Assembly (NCBI GenBank): GCA_040767195.1
Contig: JAXGPA010000002.1
Span: 288,001 to 352,000, forward strand
Source of the DNA: Syntrophales bacterium
GTDB taxonomy: Bacteria; Desulfobacterota; Syntrophia; Syntrophales; UBA6807
DNA length: 64,000 nt
Direction: 5' to 3'
The first letter of the stretch is position 1, and every line of letters begins with the position of its first letter. This document shows, in pieces, positions 22,299 through 35,312 of this stretch. A program made the translations under genes and the position numbers. The notes below the pieces were generated by a model, which did not search any database, was not told the origin of the DNA, and saw nothing but the letters and a program-made list of their open reading frames with translations.

Positions 22299-22363
22299 GT
22301 CCTTTACCTCCTTGGAGTAAAAAGTGGTTCACTAAGGTTCTCTCCGTCCCCGTTCATCGGCTA

Positions 22364-22392
22364 ACTTTACCGAAAGTCCAATGGATTTTCAA
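22364..22392 (-). promoter_or_regulatory. Internal sigma70-type promoter for tuf
   Basis: TTGAAA-17 nt-TAAAGT in the rpsG-tuf spacer. Confidence 0.5.
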
Positions 22393-22448
22393 CAACTTCT
22401 TTTCTTACGACAGGCACGGGAATGACCGAGGTCCCGATACCCGGGACG

Positions 22449-22919
22449 CTAAAATCGATAATGGGAAAACGCCTTGTTGGCTTCCGCCATCTTATGGGTG
22501 TCTTCTTTTTTCTTGACGGCGGCCCCCCGGCTGTGGGAGGCGTCGATGAATTCCCCGGCCAGCTTCTCGAGCATGGTCTTTTCCGAACGCGACTTGGCGC
22601 TGTTGATGAGCCAACGGATCGCCAGGGAGTTCCTGCGCCTTGCGGGAACCTCCGTGGGAACCTGATAGGTCGCGCCGCCGACACGGCGGGACTTGACTTC
22701 GATGACGGGCTTCACGTTGTCGAAAGCCTTCTCAAAAACTTCCAAAGGGTTTTCCTTGGTCTTCTGCTCTATGAGATCGAAAGCGCCGTACATGATGCCT
22801 TCGGCGGTGCTCTTCTTCCCTTTGCGCAGAAGGCTGTTGATGAACCTCGCCACCTGGACGCTGTTGAACTTCGGATCGGGCAGGATCTCCCTCTTGGTGA
22901 CTTCTCTTCGTCTCGGCAT
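22449..22919 (-). CDS. rpsG: 30S ribosomal protein S7
   Basis: [25 protein letters not shown]. Confidence 0.98.
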   Translation of the reverse strand: MPRRREVTKREILPDPKFNSVQVARFINSLLRKGKKSTAEGIMYGAFDLIEQKTKENPLEVFEKAFDNVKPVIEVKSRRVGGATYQVPTEVPARRRNSLAIRWLINSAKSRSEKTMLEKLAGEFIDASHSRGAAVKKKEDTHKMAEANKAFSHYRF

Positions 22920-22932
22920 GGGAAAACCTCAA

Positions 22933-23304
22933 TTATCCTTTCTTCTTCGCGCCGTATTTCGACCGGCTCCGCTTCCGGCCCTGAACGCCGCTGGCATCGA
23001 GGGTGCCCCGGACAATGTGGTACCGGACGCCGGGAAGATCCTTGACGCGGCCCCCCCGGATCAGAACCACCGAGTGCTCCTGGAGATTGTGCCCCACACC
23101 GGGAATGTAAGCCGTCACTTCATAGCCGCTGGTTAAGCGTACCCGGGCCACCTTTCTCAAGGCCGAGTTGGGCTTTTTGGGCGTCGTCGTGTACACCCGG
23201 ACGCAGACGCCCCGCCGTTGCGGGCAGCTGACCAGGGCCGGCGTTTTCTTTTTCTGTTGTATCTTTTCCCGCCCGCTGCGGACGAGCTGATTGATCGTGG
23301 GCAT
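22933..23304 (-). CDS. rpsL: 30S ribosomal protein S12
   Basis: [31 protein letters not shown]. Confidence 0.99.
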   Translation of the reverse strand: MPTINQLVRSGREKIQQKKKTPALVSCPQRRGVCVRVYTTTPKKPNSALRKVARVRLTSGYEVTAYIPGVGHNLQEHSVVLIRGGRVKDLPGVRYHIVRGTLDASGVQGRKRSRSKYGAKKKG

Positions 23305-23353
23305 TCTCTATCTCCGTTTTTTCATGAGCTTGTCGAAAAACTCAAGCTAATTA

Positions 23354-26300
23354 TCAATTCACGGCATCCATGTCAAGCGTTTTCTCATTCTCCTCATCGG
23401 GCAGATCCACGTCGTCAGTGTCTTCCCCGGCCACCCGGATTCCCAGTTTACGGTAGAGGGGAAGGCCCGTCCCCGCGGGCACCAGCCGTCCCATGATGAC
23501 ATTTTCCTTGAGCCCGCGGAGATGATCGATTTTCCCGGCCAGGGCCGCTTCCGTGAGGACCCGTGTCGTCTCCTGGAATGAAGCCGCGGAAATGAAGCTC
23601 TGGGTACTGAGCGAGGCCTTGGTGATTCCCAGGAGGACCGGCTCCGCCGTGGCGGGCACCCCGTCGGCGTTCTTGGACCGTTCATTGGCGTCCTCAAAAC
23701 GGATCCTGTCCACCTGCTCGTCCCGGAGAAGGCCCGTGTCTCCCGGCTCGCTGACCCGCACCTTCTTGAGCATCTGCCGGACGATGATCTCGATGTGCTT
23801 GTCGTTGATCTTGACGCCCTGGAGACGGTAAACTTCCTGGACCTCGTCCACGAGGTACCGGGCCAGTTCCTTTTCCCCTTTGATGTTCAGAATATCGTGG
23901 GGATTCACCGCCCCGTCCATGAGGGACTGGCCGGCGATGACCCGGTCTCCTTCCTGAACGGTCACGTGCTTCCCCTTGGGGATGAGATACTCTTTCGGGT
24001 CCCCTACCTCGGGGGTGATGACGATCCGCCGTTTTCCCTTCAGATCCTTCCCGTAGACCACGATGCCGTCGATTTCCGAAATGACGGCGCATTCCTTGGG
24101 CTTCCGGGCCTCGAAAAGCTCGGCCACCCGGGGAAGGCCTCCGGTGATGTCCTTGGTTTTCGTCGTTTCCCGGGGAATCTTGGCCATGATGTCGCCGGCC
24201 TTGACGGGATCTCCTTCGGACACGACGATGTTCGTTCCGACGGACAGGAGATGCCGGGCGTCGGCATTCGTCCCCGGCGCCTTGGCCGTCTTTCCTTCGG
24301 GGCTCTTGATGGAAATCCGGGGCCTCATGTCGAGATCCCGGTATTCCACGATGACCTTCCGGGAAAGGCCCGTGACTTCGTCCACCTGCTCCTGCATGGT
24401 CTTTCCCTCGATGACGTCACCGAACTTCACGGTGCCGTCGACCTCCGCCAGGATGGGCAGGGAGAAGGGATCCCACTCGGCGAGCCGGTCCCCGCGCTTT
24501 ACCGTGGCGCCTTCATCGATCCGGATGTGGGCGCCGTAGGGCACGGGATACTTGCCGCGGTTGCGGCCCTCCTCGTCCAGCACGTGGATTTCCCCGATGC
24601 GGCTCATGACGACCAGATCGTTCCGGCCTCTTTTAGCCCCGTGGATGTTGACGAACTTCAGGATACCCTCATGGCGGGACTCGAGGGTCGACTGCTCTTC
24701 GAACCGGGCCGTTCCACCGATGTGGAATGTTCTCATGGTGAGCTGCGTCCCCGGTTCCCCAATGGACTGGGCGGCTATGATCCCAACGGCCTCGCCGATA
24801 TTGACGAGGTGGCCGTGGGCGAGATCCCGGCCATAGCACTTGGCGCAGACGCCGTAACGGGACTTGCAGGTCAGAACGGACCGGATGGTTACCTTTTCCA
24901 ATCCAGCACCGTCGATTTTTTCCGCCAGGGCCTCGTCGATCTCCTCGTTGGCGGGCACCAGGACTTCCCCCGTAAAGGGGTCCCGTATGTCGTCCAGGGC
25001 CACCCGGCCCAGGACCCGCTCCCCCGCCGTCTCGATGATCTCACCGCCCTCGATGAGCGCGTAGACATCGATGCCGTCCAGGGTCCCGCAGTCCTCTTCG
25101 GTCACCACCACATCCTGGGCGACATCCACGAGCCGCCGGGTCAGGTACCCCGAGTTAGCCGTCTTGAGGGCCGTGTCGGCGAGCCCCTTCCGGGCGCCGT
25201 GGGTGGAGATGAAGTATTCGAGAACGCTGAGCCCCTCCCGGAAATTGGCGGTGATGGGCGTTTCGATGATCTCGCCGGAGGGCTTGGCCATGAGACCGCG
25301 CATGCCCGCCAGCTGGCGGATCTGGGCGGCGCTCCCCCGGGCCCCGGAATCGGCCATCATGAAGATGGGGTTGAACCGCTCGGCCTTGCGCTTCTTCTCT
25401 TCCGGGGCGTCGACTTCTTCCGATGCGATGTCCCGAAGCATCTCGTCGGCCACCCGCTCTGTCGCCTGGGCCCAGATGTCGATGACCTTGTTGTAGCGCT
25501 CGCCGTCGGTGATGAGCCCGTCCATGTACTGCTTCTGGATTTCCAGGACATCCAGGTTCGCCTTGTTGACGATTTCCGTCTTGTTCTTGGGAACGATCAT
25601 GTCCTTGATGGAAATGGAGATGCCCGACTTGGTGGCATACCGGAAGCCCAGGTCCTTCAGGCGGTCGGCCAGGATGACCGTCGTCTTGGCGCCGCAGGTC
25701 CGGTAGGCGTAGTCGATGAGGTTGGCCAGTTCTTTCTTGTTGAAAACCTTGTTGATCTGGGGGAAGGGGATGTCATCGGGGACGACCTCGTAGAGAAGAA
25801 CCCTTCCCACCGTGGTGTCCACGAGACCGCCGTTCACCCGGACCCGGATATTGGCGTGCAGATCCACCTGTTCGGCATCATAGGCGCTTCGCACCTCGCC
25901 GACATCGGAAAAGGCCATGCCCTCGCCCGTGACGCCGCCCATCCCCTTGGTGAGATAGTATATTCCCAGAACGATGTCCTGGTTGGGAACGATGATGGGC
26001 TTTCCGTGCGCCGGCGAGAGGATGTTGTTCGTCGACATCATGAGGACCCGGGCCTCGATCTGGGCTTCCAGGGATAGGGGGACATGAACGGCCATCTGGT
26101 CTCCGTCGAAATCGGCGTTGAAGGCCGAGCAGACGAGGGGGTGAAGCTGGATGGCCTTCCCCTCGATGAGGACGGGCTCGAAGGCCTGGATCCCGAGCCG
26201 GTGCAGGGTGGGTGCCCGGTTCAGAAGGACCGGGTACTCCCGGACCACCTCCTCGAGGGCGTCCCAGACCTGGGATTCCTCCCGTTCCACCATTTTCTTG

Positions 26301-27493
26301 GCGCTCTTGATGGTCGTGACGAAACCCTGGTCGAGGAGCCTGTAATAAATGAAGGGTTTGAAGAGCTCCAGGGCCATCTTCTTGGGAAGGCCGCACTGGT
26401 GAAGGCGCAGATCGGGACCGACGGTGATGACCGACCGGCCCGAATAGTCCACCCGTTTGCCCAGGAGGTTCTGCCGGAACCGGCCCTGCTTTCCCTTGAG
26501 CATGTCGGAAAGAGAACGAAGGGGCCTCTTGTTCGACCCCGTGATGGCACGGCCGCGCCGGCCGTTGTCGAAAAGGACGTCCACCGCCTCCTGGAGCATC
26601 CTTTTTTCGTTACGGATAATGATCTCCGGGGCGTTCAGTTCCTGCAGCCTTTTCAGCCGGTTGTTCCGGTTGATCACCCGCCGGTAGAGATCGTTCAGGT
26701 CCGACGTGGCGAAACGCCCGCCGTCCAGGGGGACCAGGGGACGGAGGTCGGGGGGAATGACGGGAAGAACCGTCAGAACCATCCACTCGGGACGGTTATT
26801 CGATTTTTTCAGCGATTCGAGTATCTTCAGTCTCTTGACCAGCTTCTTCCTCTTCGTGTCCGAGGTGGCCTCCGCCAGCTCCGCCCGGAGTTCGGCGATG
26901 AGGCCGTCCACATCCACTTCCTCGAGAAGTTCCCGGATGGCTTCGGCGCCGATTCCCGACCGGAAAGCGTCCTCACCGAATTTTTCCCGGGCCTGGAAAA
27001 GTTCCTCTTCCGTGAGAAGCTCCTTTTTCCGAAGCGGGGTGTTCTTCGGGTCGAGCACGATCCATGACTCGAAATACAGGACCTTTTCCAGCTCTTTCAG
27101 GGTCAGGTCCAGGACGTTTCCGATGCGGCTGGGAAGGCTCTTGAGAAACCAGATGTGGGCCACCGGCGAGGCCAGGGTGATGTGTCCCATCCGGTCCCGG
27201 CGGACCTTGGACTGTATGACCTCGACACCGCATTTCTCGCAGACCACGCCGCGGTGCTTCATCCGCTTGTAGCGGCCGCAGAGGCACTCGTAGTCCTTCA
27301 CGGGACCGAAGATCTTGGCGCAGAAAAGGCCGTCCCGCTCGGGCTTGAACGTCCTGTAATTGATTGTTTCAGGCTTCTTGACCTCGCCGTGGGACCACGA
27401 GAGGATCTTTTCCGGCGAGGACAGGGAGACCCGGATCGCGTTGAAACGGATCGGGTCCTTCGGTTTTTCGAAAAACGAATAGATATCTTCCAC
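23354..27493 (-). CDS. rpoC: RNA polymerase beta' subunit
   Basis: [10 protein letters not shown] catalytic motif, N-terminal Zn finger, [16 protein letters not shown]. Confidence 0.99.
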   Translation of the reverse strand: MEDIYSFFEKPKDPIRFNAIRVSLSSPEKILSWSHGEVKKPETINYRTFKPERDGLFCAKIFGPVKDYECLCGRYKRMKHRGVVCEKCGVEVIQSKVRRDRMGHITLASPVAHIWFLKSLPSRIGNVLDLTLKELEKVLYFESWIVLDPKNTPLRKKELLTEEELFQAREKFGEDAFRSGIGAEAIRELLEEVDVDGLIAELRAELAEATSDTKRKKLVKRLKILESLKKSNNRPEWMVLTVLPVIPPDLRPLVPLDGGRFATSDLNDLYRRVINRNNRLKRLQELNAPEIIIRNEKRMLQEAVDVLFDNGRRGRAITGSNKRPLRSLSDMLKGKQGRFRQNLLGKRVDYSGRSVITVGPDLRLHQCGLPKKMALELFKPFIYYRLLDQGFVTTIKSAKKMVEREESQVWDALEEVVREYPVLLNRAPTLHRLGIQAFEPVLIEGKAIQLHPLVCSAFNADFDGDQMAVHVPLSLEAQIEARVLMMSTNNILSPAHGKPIIVPNQDIVLGIYYLTKGMGGVTGEGMAFSDVGEVRSAYDAEQVDLHANIRVRVNGGLVDTTVGRVLLYEVVPDDIPFPQINKVFNKKELANLIDYAYRTCGAKTTVILADRLKDLGFRYATKSGISISIKDMIVPKNKTEIVNKANLDVLEIQKQYMDGLITDGERYNKVIDIWAQATERVADEMLRDIASEEVDAPEEKKRKAERFNPIFMMADSGARGSAAQIRQLAGMRGLMAKPSGEIIETPITANFREGLSVLEYFISTHGARKGLADTALKTANSGYLTRRLVDVAQDVVVTEEDCGTLDGIDVYALIEGGEIIETAGERVLGRVALDDIRDPFTGEVLVPANEEIDEALAEKIDGAGLEKVTIRSVLTCKSRYGVCAKCYGRDLAHGHLVNIGEAVGIIAAQSIGEPGTQLTMRTFHIGGTARFEEQSTLESRHEGILKFVNIHGAKRGRNDLVVMSRIGEIHVLDEEGRNRGKYPVPYGAHIRIDEGATVKRGDRLAEWDPFSLPILAEVDGTVKFGDVIEGKTMQEQVDEVTGLSRKVIVEYRDLDMRPRISIKSPEGKTAKAPGTNADARHLLSVGTNIVVSEGDPVKAGDIMAKIPRETTKTKDITGGLPRVAELFEARKPKECAVISEIDGIVVYGKDLKGKRRIVITPEVGDPKEYLIPKGKHVTVQEGDRVIAGQSLMDGAVNPHDILNIKGEKELARYLVDEVQEVYRLQGVKINDKHIEIIVRQMLKKVRVSEPGDTGLLRDEQVDRIRFEDANERSKNADGVPATAEPVLLGITKASLSTQSFISAASFQETTRVLTEAALAGKIDHLRGLKENVIMGRLVPAGTGLPLYRKLGIRVAGEDTDDVDLPDEENEKTLDMDAVN

Positions 27494-27598
27494 GGGATGA
27501 ACTCCTGTGTTTCTTTTTAGTTTATATATTCAAGGCTTCCGGTTTCACGAAAAGCCCTTCGCAGCACGCTTCTTGAGACGTTGCGGTCACGCCGGGGG

Positions 27599-30500
27599 TC
27601 AGGACTCCTTCTCCTCGGGGTTCTCGACCAGGTCCACGTCAATGGCCAGCCCCTGCAGTTCCTTGACCAGCACGTTGAACGACTCGGGGAGGCCCGGTTC
27701 GAGGCTGTGCTCGCCTTTGACGATGGCCTCGTAAATCCTCGTCCGGCCCGCCACGTCGTCCGACTTGACGGTGAGAAACTCCTGAAGGGAGTGAGCCGCG
27801 CCGTAAGCCTCGATGGCCCAGACCTCCATTTCCCCGAGGCGCTGGCCTCCGAACTGGGCTTTCCCGCCCAGGGGCTGCTGGGTCACCAGGGAGTAAGGCC
27901 CGATGGACCGCGCATGGATCTTGTCGTCCACGAGATGGTGGAGCTTCATCATGTAGATCATGCCGACGGTGATCATCTGATCGAAGGGCTCTCCCGTTCG
28001 GCCGTCGAAAAGGAGGGTCTGCCCCGTCACGGGAAGACGGGCTTCCTGGAGAATGTCCTTGATCTGCTCTTCCTTGGCGCCGTCGAAGACGGGGGAGGCC
28101 ATGGGGATTCCGGTTTTCAGGCGGTCGACGAACCGGCGAAGTTCATCCTCCGTCGCCCCGTCCACAAAGCGGCTGAATTCCCGGGACCCGTAAATCCGTT
28201 TCAGCTCCTTGCGGATGGCGGAAGGGGAATATTTCTGTTCCATGACGGCCTGGATCTTTTCGCCGAGGCCCTTGGCGGCCCAGCCGAGATGGGTCTCGAG
28301 GATCTGTCCCACGTTCATACGGGAGGGGACGCCCAGGGGGTTCAGAATGATGTCCACCGGGGTCCCGTCGATGAAAAAGGGCATGTCCTCCTCGGGGAGT
28401 ATCCGGGAGAGAACCCCCTTGTTACCGTGACGGCCGGCCATCTTGTCCCCCACGGAAAGCTTGCGCTTCACGGCGATGTAGACCTTGACGAGCTTGATAA
28501 CGCCTGGCGGCAGTTCGTCGCCGGCCTTCAGCTTCTCGATCTTCTCGGCGAAAAAGGCCTTGATGAGATCCACTTTCCGGTCGAAATTGGAAAAGAGATG
28601 GGTCAGTTTCTCTTCCGTCGCCTCATCCTCGAGAGCCAGGTCTTTCCAGAGATAAAAGGGAATCCCGTTCAGAATGTCCTCCGTGATTTCCTCGCCCTTC
28701 TTCAGGAGCACCCTCTTCCGGTTCGGGTCGGAGAGTTTCGAGGCCGCCTTTTGCCCGACGACCAGTTCCCGGATCTTGTTACGGACATTGCCCTGAATGA
28801 TCCGGATCTCGTCGTCCCGGTCCTTGAGGATCCGCTCCGTCTCTTCCCGCTCGATCTTTTCCGACCGGGGGTCCTTTTCCGTCCCCTTCCGGTTGAAGAT
28901 CTTGGCATCGATGACGATCCCTTCCTCCCCCGGCGGCACCCGGAGAGAAGTGTCACGGACGTCTCCCGCCTTCTCGCCGAAGATGGCCCGAAGAAGCTTC
29001 TCCTCCGGGGAGAGCTGGGTTTCCCCCTTGGGGGTCACTTTCCCCACCAGGATATCCCCGGCCTTCACAAAGACCCCCCGTCTCACGATCCCGCTTTCAT
29101 CGAGGTTACGGAGAGCCTCGTCCCCCACGTTGGGGATGTCCCGGGTGATTTCCTCCTTGCCCAGCTTCGTGTCCCGGGCCACCGTCTCGAACTCTTCGAT
29201 GTGAATGGAGGTGTAGATGTCTTCCTTGACGATCCGTTCGCTTACGAGAATCGAGTCTTCATAGTTGTACCCGCCCCAGGACATGAAGGCCACCATGACG
29301 TTCTTGCCCAGGGCCAGCTCCCCGTTTTCCGTGGCCGGCCCGTCGGCGATGATTTCGCCACGGTTCACCCAGGTCCCCCGGGTGACGATGGGCTTGTGGT
29401 TGAAACAGGTGTCCTGGTTGGAACGCTGATACTTGGTCAGATTGTAGATGTCCACGCCCGTGTCGATGTCGTCGGCCAGTTCCTCGTTGCACTTGATGAC
29501 AATCCGGGAGGCGTCGACGTCCTCCACCACGCCCGATCGGCGGGCAACGATGACGGCGCCCGAGTCGCGGGCGACGACGGACTCCATTCCCGTCCCCACG
29601 ACAGGCGCGTCGGGCTTCAGCAGGGGAACGGCCTGGCGCTGCATGTTCGATCCCATGAGGGCGCGGTTCGCGTCGTCATGCTCCAGGAAGGGAATCAGCC
29701 CCGCGGCGACGCTGACCAGCTGGTCCGGGGAGACGTCCATGAGGGTGACTTCCCCGGGCTCGACGGTGACATAGTTTCCGCCCTTTTTGGCGATTACCAG
29801 GGGTTCGTCGATCATCCCCTTGTCGTTCAGATGGGTGCTCGCCTGGGCAATCACCTCCGTTTCCTCCTCCGTGGCGGAGAGATAGACGATCTTGTCGGTT
29901 ACCTTGCCGTTTTCCACCACCACCGACGGCGTCTCGATGAACCCGAAATCATTCACCCGGGCATAGGAGCTGAGCGAAACGATGAGGCCGATGTTGGGGC
30001 CTTCCGGGGTTTCAACGGGGCAGATGCGCCCGTAGTGGGTGTTGTGGACGTCCCGGACCTCGAAACCCGCCCGCTCCCGGGTCAGCCCTCCGGGGCCCAG
30101 GGCGGAAAGACGCCGCTTGTGGGTGATCTCCGAAAGGGGGTTCGTCTGGTCCATGAACTGGGAAAGCTGGCTGCTCCCGTAAAATTCGTTGATCACCGCC
30201 GACACGGGCTTGGCGTTCACCAGGTCGTGGGGCATCATGGTCTCCACGTCGAGGAGGCTCATTTTCTCCTTGATGGCCCGCTCCATGCGGACAAGCCCGA
30301 TGCGATACTGGTTCTCGATGAGTTCCCCCACGGAACGGATCCGCCGGTTTCCCAGGTGATCGATGTCATCCACGGTATAGCCGGGAAGCCCGTTCTTCAG
30401 TCTGATCAGGTAGTCCACGGCCTTGAGGATGTCTTCCCGGGTGAGGACCGTCATGTCCGGCGGGGAGCCCATCCGGAGCTTGTAATTGATTTTCCACCTT

Positions 30501-31702
30501 CCCACGTCGGAAAGGTCGTAGGTATTGAGATCGAAGAAAAGGCTGTTGAAAAATTTCCGCGCCGTGTCGAGCGTCGGCGGATTGCTGGGTCGCAGCCGCT
30601 TGTAGATCTCCATGACCGCTTCGTCTTCCTTTTCGAGGCGGTCCAGGAGAAGGGTCTCCCGGATGCAGGCGTTGGCGCCGTCCTCATCGAGACGGATGAA
30701 CCGAAGCGTGTCCACCCCCCGGTCGCGGACCTGATGCAGGCCCTCCGCCGTCAGGATTTCATTGCACGGAATGAGCACTTCCTCCGTATCCGGGTCTTTC
30801 ACGTCCTCCGCCAGGACCTTTTCGAGGAGATCGTCCTGTTCCACCGGAAGGCGGGTGATTCCGGCGTCGACCATCCGCTTCAGGTTTCCCTTGGTGAACT
30901 TACGCCCCTTGCGGACCAGGGTCTCCCCCGTTTTCCCGTCCACAATGTCCTCTTTGGCCTTTTCGCCCATCAGGGCTTCATCGACGGCCATGTAGAAACG
31001 GCCTTCCCGGATCGTCACCGTCTCGATACCGTAGAAGGTTCGCAGGAGTTCCTCCGTCGTGAACCCCATGGCTTTGAGGAGAATCGTCACGGGCATTTTT
31101 TTCCGCCGGTCGATCCGGGCATAGAGGACGTCCTTGGGATCGAATTCGATATCCAGCCACGAGCCCCGGATGGGCATGATCCGGGCGGAATAGATGAGTT
31201 TCCCACTGGAATGGGTCCGGCCCTTGTCGTGCTCGAAAGCGATTCCCGGGGACCGGTGAAGCTGGCTGACGATGACCCGCTCGGTGCCGTTGATGATGAA
31301 GGTTCCCTTGTCGGTCATGAGCGGGATTTCGCCGAAATAAATCTCCTGCTCCTTGATATCCCGGACGGATTTCTGGCCGCTCGCCCGGTCGGTCTCGAAA
31401 ACGACGAGACGGACCACGATCTTAAGCGGGGCGGCGTAGGTCATCCCTTTCTGAATGCACTCCTGCTCGTCGTAACGGGCCTCGCCGATGGCGTAACTGA
31501 CGAATTCGAGAGAGCACTTGGATCCGAAATCCTCGATGGGAAAAACACTCCTGAAAGCGCCCTGGAGACCGAAATTCCCCCGGGAGGAAGAACCCGTCTC
31601 CCGCTGGAGGAACCGGGCGTAGGATTTTTTCTGGATTTCGATAAGGTTCGGGATTTCTACGATTTTTTTGATTCGACCAAAATTCTTTCTGAATGTTGCC
31701 AT
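27599..31702 (-). CDS. rpoB: RNA polymerase beta subunit
   Basis: [37 protein letters not shown]. Confidence 0.99.
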   Translation of the reverse strand: MATFRKNFGRIKKIVEIPNLIEIQKKSYARFLQRETGSSSRGNFGLQGAFRSVFPIEDFGSKCSLEFVSYAIGEARYDEQECIQKGMTYAAPLKIVVRLVVFETDRASGQKSVRDIKEQEIYFGEIPLMTDKGTFIINGTERVIVSQLHRSPGIAFEHDKGRTHSSGKLIYSARIMPIRGSWLDIEFDPKDVLYARIDRRKKMPVTILLKAMGFTTEELLRTFYGIETVTIREGRFYMAVDEALMGEKAKEDIVDGKTGETLVRKGRKFTKGNLKRMVDAGITRLPVEQDDLLEKVLAEDVKDPDTEEVLIPCNEILTAEGLHQVRDRGVDTLRFIRLDEDGANACIRETLLLDRLEKEDEAVMEIYKRLRPSNPPTLDTARKFFNSLFFDLNTYDLSDVGRWKINYKLRMGSPPDMTVLTREDILKAVDYLIRLKNGLPGYTVDDIDHLGNRRIRSVGELIENQYRIGLVRMERAIKEKMSLLDVETMMPHDLVNAKPVSAVINEFYGSSQLSQFMDQTNPLSEITHKRRLSALGPGGLTRERAGFEVRDVHNTHYGRICPVETPEGPNIGLIVSLSSYARVNDFGFIETPSVVVENGKVTDKIVYLSATEEETEVIAQASTHLNDKGMIDEPLVIAKKGGNYVTVEPGEVTLMDVSPDQLVSVAAGLIPFLEHDDANRALMGSNMQRQAVPLLKPDAPVVGTGMESVVARDSGAVIVARRSGVVEDVDASRIVIKCNEELADDIDTGVDIYNLTKYQRSNQDTCFNHKPIVTRGTWVNRGEIIADGPATENGELALGKNVMVAFMSWGGYNYEDSILVSERIVKEDIYTSIHIEEFETVARDTKLGKEEITRDIPNVGDEALRNLDESGIVRRGVFVKAGDILVGKVTPKGETQLSPEEKLLRAIFGEKAGDVRDTSLRVPPGEEGIVIDAKIFNRKGTEKDPRSEKIEREETERILKDRDDEIRIIQGNVRNKIRELVVGQKAASKLSDPNRKRVLLKKGEEITEDILNGIPFYLWKDLALEDEATEEKLTHLFSNFDRKVDLIKAFFAEKIEKLKAGDELPPGVIKLVKVYIAVKRKLSVGDKMAGRHGNKGVLSRILPEEDMPFFIDGTPVDIILNPLGVPSRMNVGQILETHLGWAAKGLGEKIQAVMEQKYSPSAIRKELKRIYGSREFSRFVDGATEDELRRFVDRLKTGIPMASPVFDGAKEEQIKDILQEARLPVTGQTLLFDGRTGEPFDQMITVGMIYMMKLHHLVDDKIHARSIGPYSLVTQQPLGGKAQFGGQRLGEMEVWAIEAYGAAHSLQEFLTVKSDDVAGRTRIYEAIVKGEHSLEPGLPESFNVLVKELQGLAIDVDLVENPEEKES

Positions 31703-31722
31703 AGCCTTCCTTTGAATGAATC

Positions 31723-31749
31723 CGCCCCTTCCCACGAAGGGAAGGGGCG
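31723..31749 (-). promoter_or_regulatory. Strong hairpin between rplL and rpoB (attenuator or processing-site candidate)
   Basis: CGCCCCTTCCC-5 nt-GGGAAGGGGCG 11-bp stem; no U-tract. Confidence 0.45.
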
Positions 31750-31756
31750 AACTGTT

Positions 31757-32146
31757 CTACTTTACTTCGACGGTGGCCCCGACCTCCTCGAGCTTCTTTT
31801 TGATATCCTCGGCCTCCGCCTTGGAAACGCCCTCTTTCACCGGTTTGGGCACACCCTCCACGAGGTCTTTCGCTTCTTTCAGCCCCAGGCTCGTAATGGC
31901 CCGGACAACCTTGATGACCTGGATCTTCTCCGCGCCGAAACTCGTCAGGATGACGTTGAACTCCGTCTTTTCCTCTTCCGCCGCCGCCTGAGCCGGGGCA
32001 CCGGCCGCCGCCGCCGGCGCCACCGCCACGGCCGCCGCGGCGGAAACACCGAGCCTTTCTTCCAGGTCCTTCACCAGCTCCGAAAGTTCTACAACAGTTA
32101 ACCCCTCGATAAATTTGATCACATCTTCTTTTGTAATGTTGGACAT
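31757..32146 (-). CDS. rplL: 50S ribosomal protein L7/L12
   Basis: Ala-rich hinge, [21 protein letters not shown]. Confidence 0.98.
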   Translation of the reverse strand: MSNITKEDVIKFIEGLTVVELSELVKDLEERLGVSAAAAVAVAPAAAAGAPAQAAAEEEKTEFNVILTSFGAEKIQVIKVVRAITSLGLKEAKDLVEGVPKPVKEGVSKAEAEDIKKKLEEVGATVEVK

Positions 32147-32180
32147 GGTGCTCTTCTTCCTTCCTGTATTGTTCTTTTTC

Positions 32181-32705
32181 TTAAGCTTCCTGTTCCTTTT
32201 TCATCCGGTAGGCCGCGAGCGTCTGAACGAGTTTTCTCGGAACGCCCGCCAGCACGTTCACCAGCCCTGTCTGAACGCCGACCATGACGGAGAGCAACTG
32301 CCCCAGGAGGATCTCCCGTCCCGGCAGCGCCGCCAGGGCGGCCAGCTGTTCCCGGGTCAGGATCTTGCCCTGGAGAACGCCGACCTTGATGTCCAGCTCG
32401 GCGTTCTTCTTGGCGAAAGCGGCCATGACCTTGGCCGGTTCCACGACATCCCCGAAATTCATGATGAGCGCCAGGGGACCCTTCAGATGCTCTTCCAGCT
32501 TATCGTAATCCGTTCCCTGAGAGGCAATCCTCATGAGAGTGTTCTTGATCACCCGCATTTCCGAATCGGCCTTCCTCAGCTCGTTACGGAGATCCGTAAG
32601 CTTCGCCACGTTCATCCCGGTGTAACCGGCCAGAATGGCTATCTTGGCCGCTTTCAACTTCTCATGAAGCTCGGCGACCATGTTCTCTTTTGCGGCTCGA
32701 TCCAA
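32181..32705 (-). CDS. rplJ: 50S ribosomal protein L10
   Basis: LR.ELR...[16 protein letters not shown]; position between rplA and rplL. Confidence 0.95.
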   Translation of the reverse strand: MDRAAKENMVAELHEKLKAAKIAILAGYTGMNVAKLTDLRNELRKADSEMRVIKNTLMRIASQGTDYDKLEEHLKGPLALIMNFGDVVEPAKVMAAFAKKNAELDIKVGVLQGKILTREQLAALAALPGREILLGQLLSVMVGVQTGLVNVLAGVPRKLVQTLAAYRMKKEQEA

Positions 32706-32796
32706 TTCCTCGACCTCCTTTCCTTGGTCACATATCGAAGAAGGGAAAAAGCCGGAGCGACATACAGGAAGACAGTGAAAAAGAAGAGAGCACTAT

Positions 32797-32857
32797 CCCG
32801 TCTCGGCAGGCCATGTCCCCATGTTTAAACATCTTCCCGTACCTGCTTTCTCCGACT
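32797..32857 (-). ncRNA. L10 ribosomal-protein leader (autoregulatory RNA)
   Basis: Minus strand GGAGAAAGCAGG...TTTAAA...CCTGCCGAGAC in the rplA-rplJ spacer, matching the remembered L10-leader pattern; boundaries approximate. Confidence 0.7.
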
Positions 32858-32897
32858 TGATGCCCTGTTTTAAGTTTTCCGAACCAAAACGGACGTA

Positions 32898-33602
32898 TTA
32901 CTGCAGGGTATTCCTCACATCCAGGGGGTCCGCTTTCACCCCGGGGCCCATGGTCGTCGAGAGGGCGACGGACCTCAAATACGTGCCCTTGCTTGACGAG
33001 GGTTTCAGCTTGATGATGGTTTCCAGAAGAGCGACCAGGTTCTCAAGGATCTTGTCCGCCCCGAAGGAGACTTTTCCGAGGGGCGAGTGAACGATCCCCG
33101 CCTTTTCCACGCGGAACTCGACTTTGCCGGCCTTGGTCTCCTTCACGGCATTGGCCACGTTGAAGGTCACCGTTCCGACTTTCGGGTTGGGCATGAGCCC
33201 CCGGGGACCGAGGATCTTTCCCAGTTTTCCCACGCTGCCCATCATGTCCGGCGTAGCGATGACCCGGTCGAAATCGAGCCAGCCGCCCCTGATTTTCTCG
33301 ACGAGGTCATCGGCACCGGTAAAATCGGCACCGGCGTCGAGAGCTTCCTTTTCCTTTTCGCCCTTGGCGAAAACGAGAACCCGCACGGTCTTGCCCAGGC
33401 CGTGGGGAAGAACGACGCTTCCCCGGACCATCTGATCGGCATGCTTCGGATTGACCCCGAGCCGGATGGCCACGTCCACCGTCTCGTCGAATTTCGCCGC
33501 GCCCGCCGAAACGGCGAGCTCAACGGCTTCCTTCAGCGGATAACGCTTCGCCGGTTCGATCTTTTTCTTGTTCTCCAGGTATTTTCTGCTTTTCCTTGAC
33601 AT
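32898..33602 (-). CDS. rplA: 50S ribosomal protein L1
   Basis: [25 protein letters not shown]. Confidence 0.98.
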   Translation of the reverse strand: MSRKSRKYLENKKKIEPAKRYPLKEAVELAVSAGAAKFDETVDVAIRLGVNPKHADQMVRGSVVLPHGLGKTVRVLVFAKGEKEKEALDAGADFTGADDLVEKIRGGWLDFDRVIATPDMMGSVGKLGKILGPRGLMPNPKVGTVTFNVANAVKETKAGKVEFRVEKAGIVHSPLGKVSFGADKILENLVALLETIIKLKPSSSKGTYLRSVALSTTMGPGVKADPLDVRNTLQ

Positions 33603-33629
33603 ACCCCTCAGCTCCGAATCTGTATTCCT

Positions 33630-34052
33630 TTAGACGATCTCTATCCCCATGGATCTTGCCGTCCCCTGGACGGTCCGAATCGCTCCTTCAAGGTCCACGG
33701 CGTTCAGGTCCTTCATTTTCAGCTCGGCGATTTCCCGGACCTGCTTGGACGTGACCTTTCCCACCTTTTCCCGCTTCGGGTCGCCGGCTCCCTTGGCGAT
33801 TTTGGCCGCCTGCTTGAGAAGCACCGACGCGGGCGGGGTCTTGGTCACGAAGGTGAAGGAGCGGTCCGCGTAGACCGTGATGACGACCGGGATGACCGTC
33901 CCTTCCTGGCCCGCCGTCAGGGCGTTGTAAGCTTTGCAGAACTCCATGATGTTCACACCGTGCTGGCCGAGAGCGGGCCCGATGGGGGGGGAGGGTGTCG
34001 CCTTTCCCGCCTGTATCTGCAACTTTATATTCGCGATCACTTTCTTTGCCAT
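33630..34052 (-). CDS. rplK: 50S ribosomal protein L11
   Basis: [29 protein letters not shown]. Confidence 0.98.
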   Translation of the reverse strand: MAKKVIANIKLQIQAGKATPSPPIGPALGQHGVNIMEFCKAYNALTAGQEGTVIPVVITVYADRSFTFVTKTPPASVLLKQAAKIAKGAGDPKREKVGKVTSKQVREIAELKMKDLNAVDLEGAIRTVQGTARSMGIEIV

Positions 34053-34121
34053 AACAATCACCCTGTCATACGTTCTTTGTCGCTTCCGATTCCCGGAACC
34101 CGCGTTTGTTGATGGAGGATT

Positions 34122-34658
34122 TCAGCTCTGGACGACCTGGATAAAGTCCAATTCAACGGGTGTGGATCTTCCGAAAATGCTGACGATGACCCGGAGTTTC
34201 CCTTTTTCCGGTTTCACCTCGTCGACGATTCCGTCAAAATTGGTGAAGGGTCCGTCGATGATTTTCACATGATCTCCCGTCTCGAAATTGTACTTGGGTT
34301 TGGGCTTAAGCGTCCCTTCATCGATCCGCGTCCTGAGGACCTGGACATCCTCGTCGGATATGGGGGACGGCATGTCCCGGCTCCCGATGAACCCGGTCAC
34401 TTTGGGCGTGTTCTTGACGATATGCCACGTCTCGTCGTTCAGTATCATCCGAACGAGGATATACCCCGGGAAAAATTTTCTTTTCGAGGTTTTCTTCTCC
34501 CCTTTGACAAGTTCGACAATGTCTTCCTCGGGAATGAGGATATCCTCGAAATGATCCTCCATTCCCGCCGAGGCGATGCGCTCCCTCAGGGACACCTTGA
34601 CCCGGTTCTCGTATCCCGAGTAGGTGTGGATCACGTACCAACGGAAACCGGACATCAT
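34122..34658 (-). CDS. nusG: Transcription termination/antitermination factor NusG
   Basis: WYVIHTYSGYE, FFPGYILV, IFGRSTPVEL. Confidence 0.98.
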   Translation of the reverse strand: MMSGFRWYVIHTYSGYENRVKVSLRERIASAGMEDHFEDILIPEEDIVELVKGEKKTSKRKFFPGYILVRMILNDETWHIVKNTPKVTGFIGSRDMPSPISDEDVQVLRTRIDEGTLKPKPKYNFETGDHVKIIDGPFTNFDGIVDEVKPEKGKLRVIVSIFGRSTPVELDFIQVVQS

Positions 34659-34665
34659 GACCCCG

Positions 34666-34869
34666 CTATCCCAAGACCAGACGGATGATTTTGGTCAGCC
34701 CGAGATCGACCATCCCGAGAAAGATGGATATAACGAAAACCAGGACGATCACCACGGAAGTTGTCGCCATCGCGTCCTTCGGGGTGGGCCAGGTGACTTT
34801 CCGGAGTTCAGCCCGGGACTCTTTCAGAAATTGCAGGGACTTGGAGTAATATTCCTTTATTTTTTCCAT
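34666..34869 (-). CDS. secE: Preprotein translocase SecE
   Basis: ELRKVTWPT plus a single TM helix. Confidence 0.95.
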   Translation of the reverse strand: MEKIKEYYSKSLQFLKESRAELRKVTWPTPKDAMATTSVVIVLVFVISIFLGMVDLGLTKIIRLVLG

Positions 34870-34901
34870 GTCAGCGGCGGCCGGTGGTCCAGTAAAAAAA
34901 A

Positions 34902-34978
34902 TGGCAGGCCAGGAGGGACTCGAACCCCCAGCATCCGGATTTGGAGTCCGGCGCTCTATCCATTAGAGCTACTGGCCT
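34902..34978 (-). tRNA. tRNA-Trp(CCA)
   Basis: Cloverleaf; anticodon arm CCGGA-CTCCAAA-TCCGG; encoded 3' CCA. Confidence 0.97.
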
Positions 34979-35014
34979 GTTTCCCGATCAAATAGACGAA
35001 GCCTCTCTGTAAAG

Positions 35015-35164
35015 CTACTTTGTCTCCCGGTGAACGGTGTGGCTGCGGCAGAAAGGACAGAATTTCTTCAATTCCAGCCGGTTCTGCATGGTCCGCTTGT
35101 TTTTCGTCGTCGAGTAGTTCCTTCTCTTACACTCGTTGCAGGCAAGTGTTATGATATTTCTCAT
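35015..35164 (-). CDS. rpmG: 50S ribosomal protein L33 (Zn-binding form)
   Basis: Manual translation [49 protein letters not shown]. Confidence 0.97.
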   Translation of the reverse strand: MRNIITLACNECKRRNYSTTKNKRTMQNRLELKKFCPFCRSHTVHRETK

Positions 35165-35186
35165 GGTCTATAACCTGCTTTTTCCA

Positions 35187-35262
35187 TGGAGCCCACGACC
35201 AGGATTGAACTGGTGACCTCATCCTTACCAAGGATGTGCTCTACCGACTGAGCTACGTGGGC
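35187..35262 (-). tRNA. tRNA-Thr(GGT)
   Basis: Anticodon arm CATCC-TTGGTAA-GGATG; encoded 3' CCA. Confidence 0.97.
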
Positions 35263-35312
35263 CTCACGCATTCTGACCGCTCATCCCTTAACGGATCAGC
35301 TTACCGTTTCAA

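Noticed and set aside
23349..23376. Possible rpsL promoter overlapping the end of rpoC
   Set aside because: TTGACA is present but no good -10 element lies at 16-18 nt spacing
23795..26077. 760-aa plus-strand ORF
   Set aside because: Antisense to rpoC
30090..30195. rpoB rifampicin-resistance region
   Set aside because: Key residues in [25 protein letters not shown] are of the sensitive type; the nearby F-to-Y change is not a resistance allele I recognise
27581..32101. 1506-aa plus-strand ORF
   Set aside because: Antisense shadow of rpoB/rplL caused by GC-rich codon bias; no recognisable motifs and it spans gene boundaries
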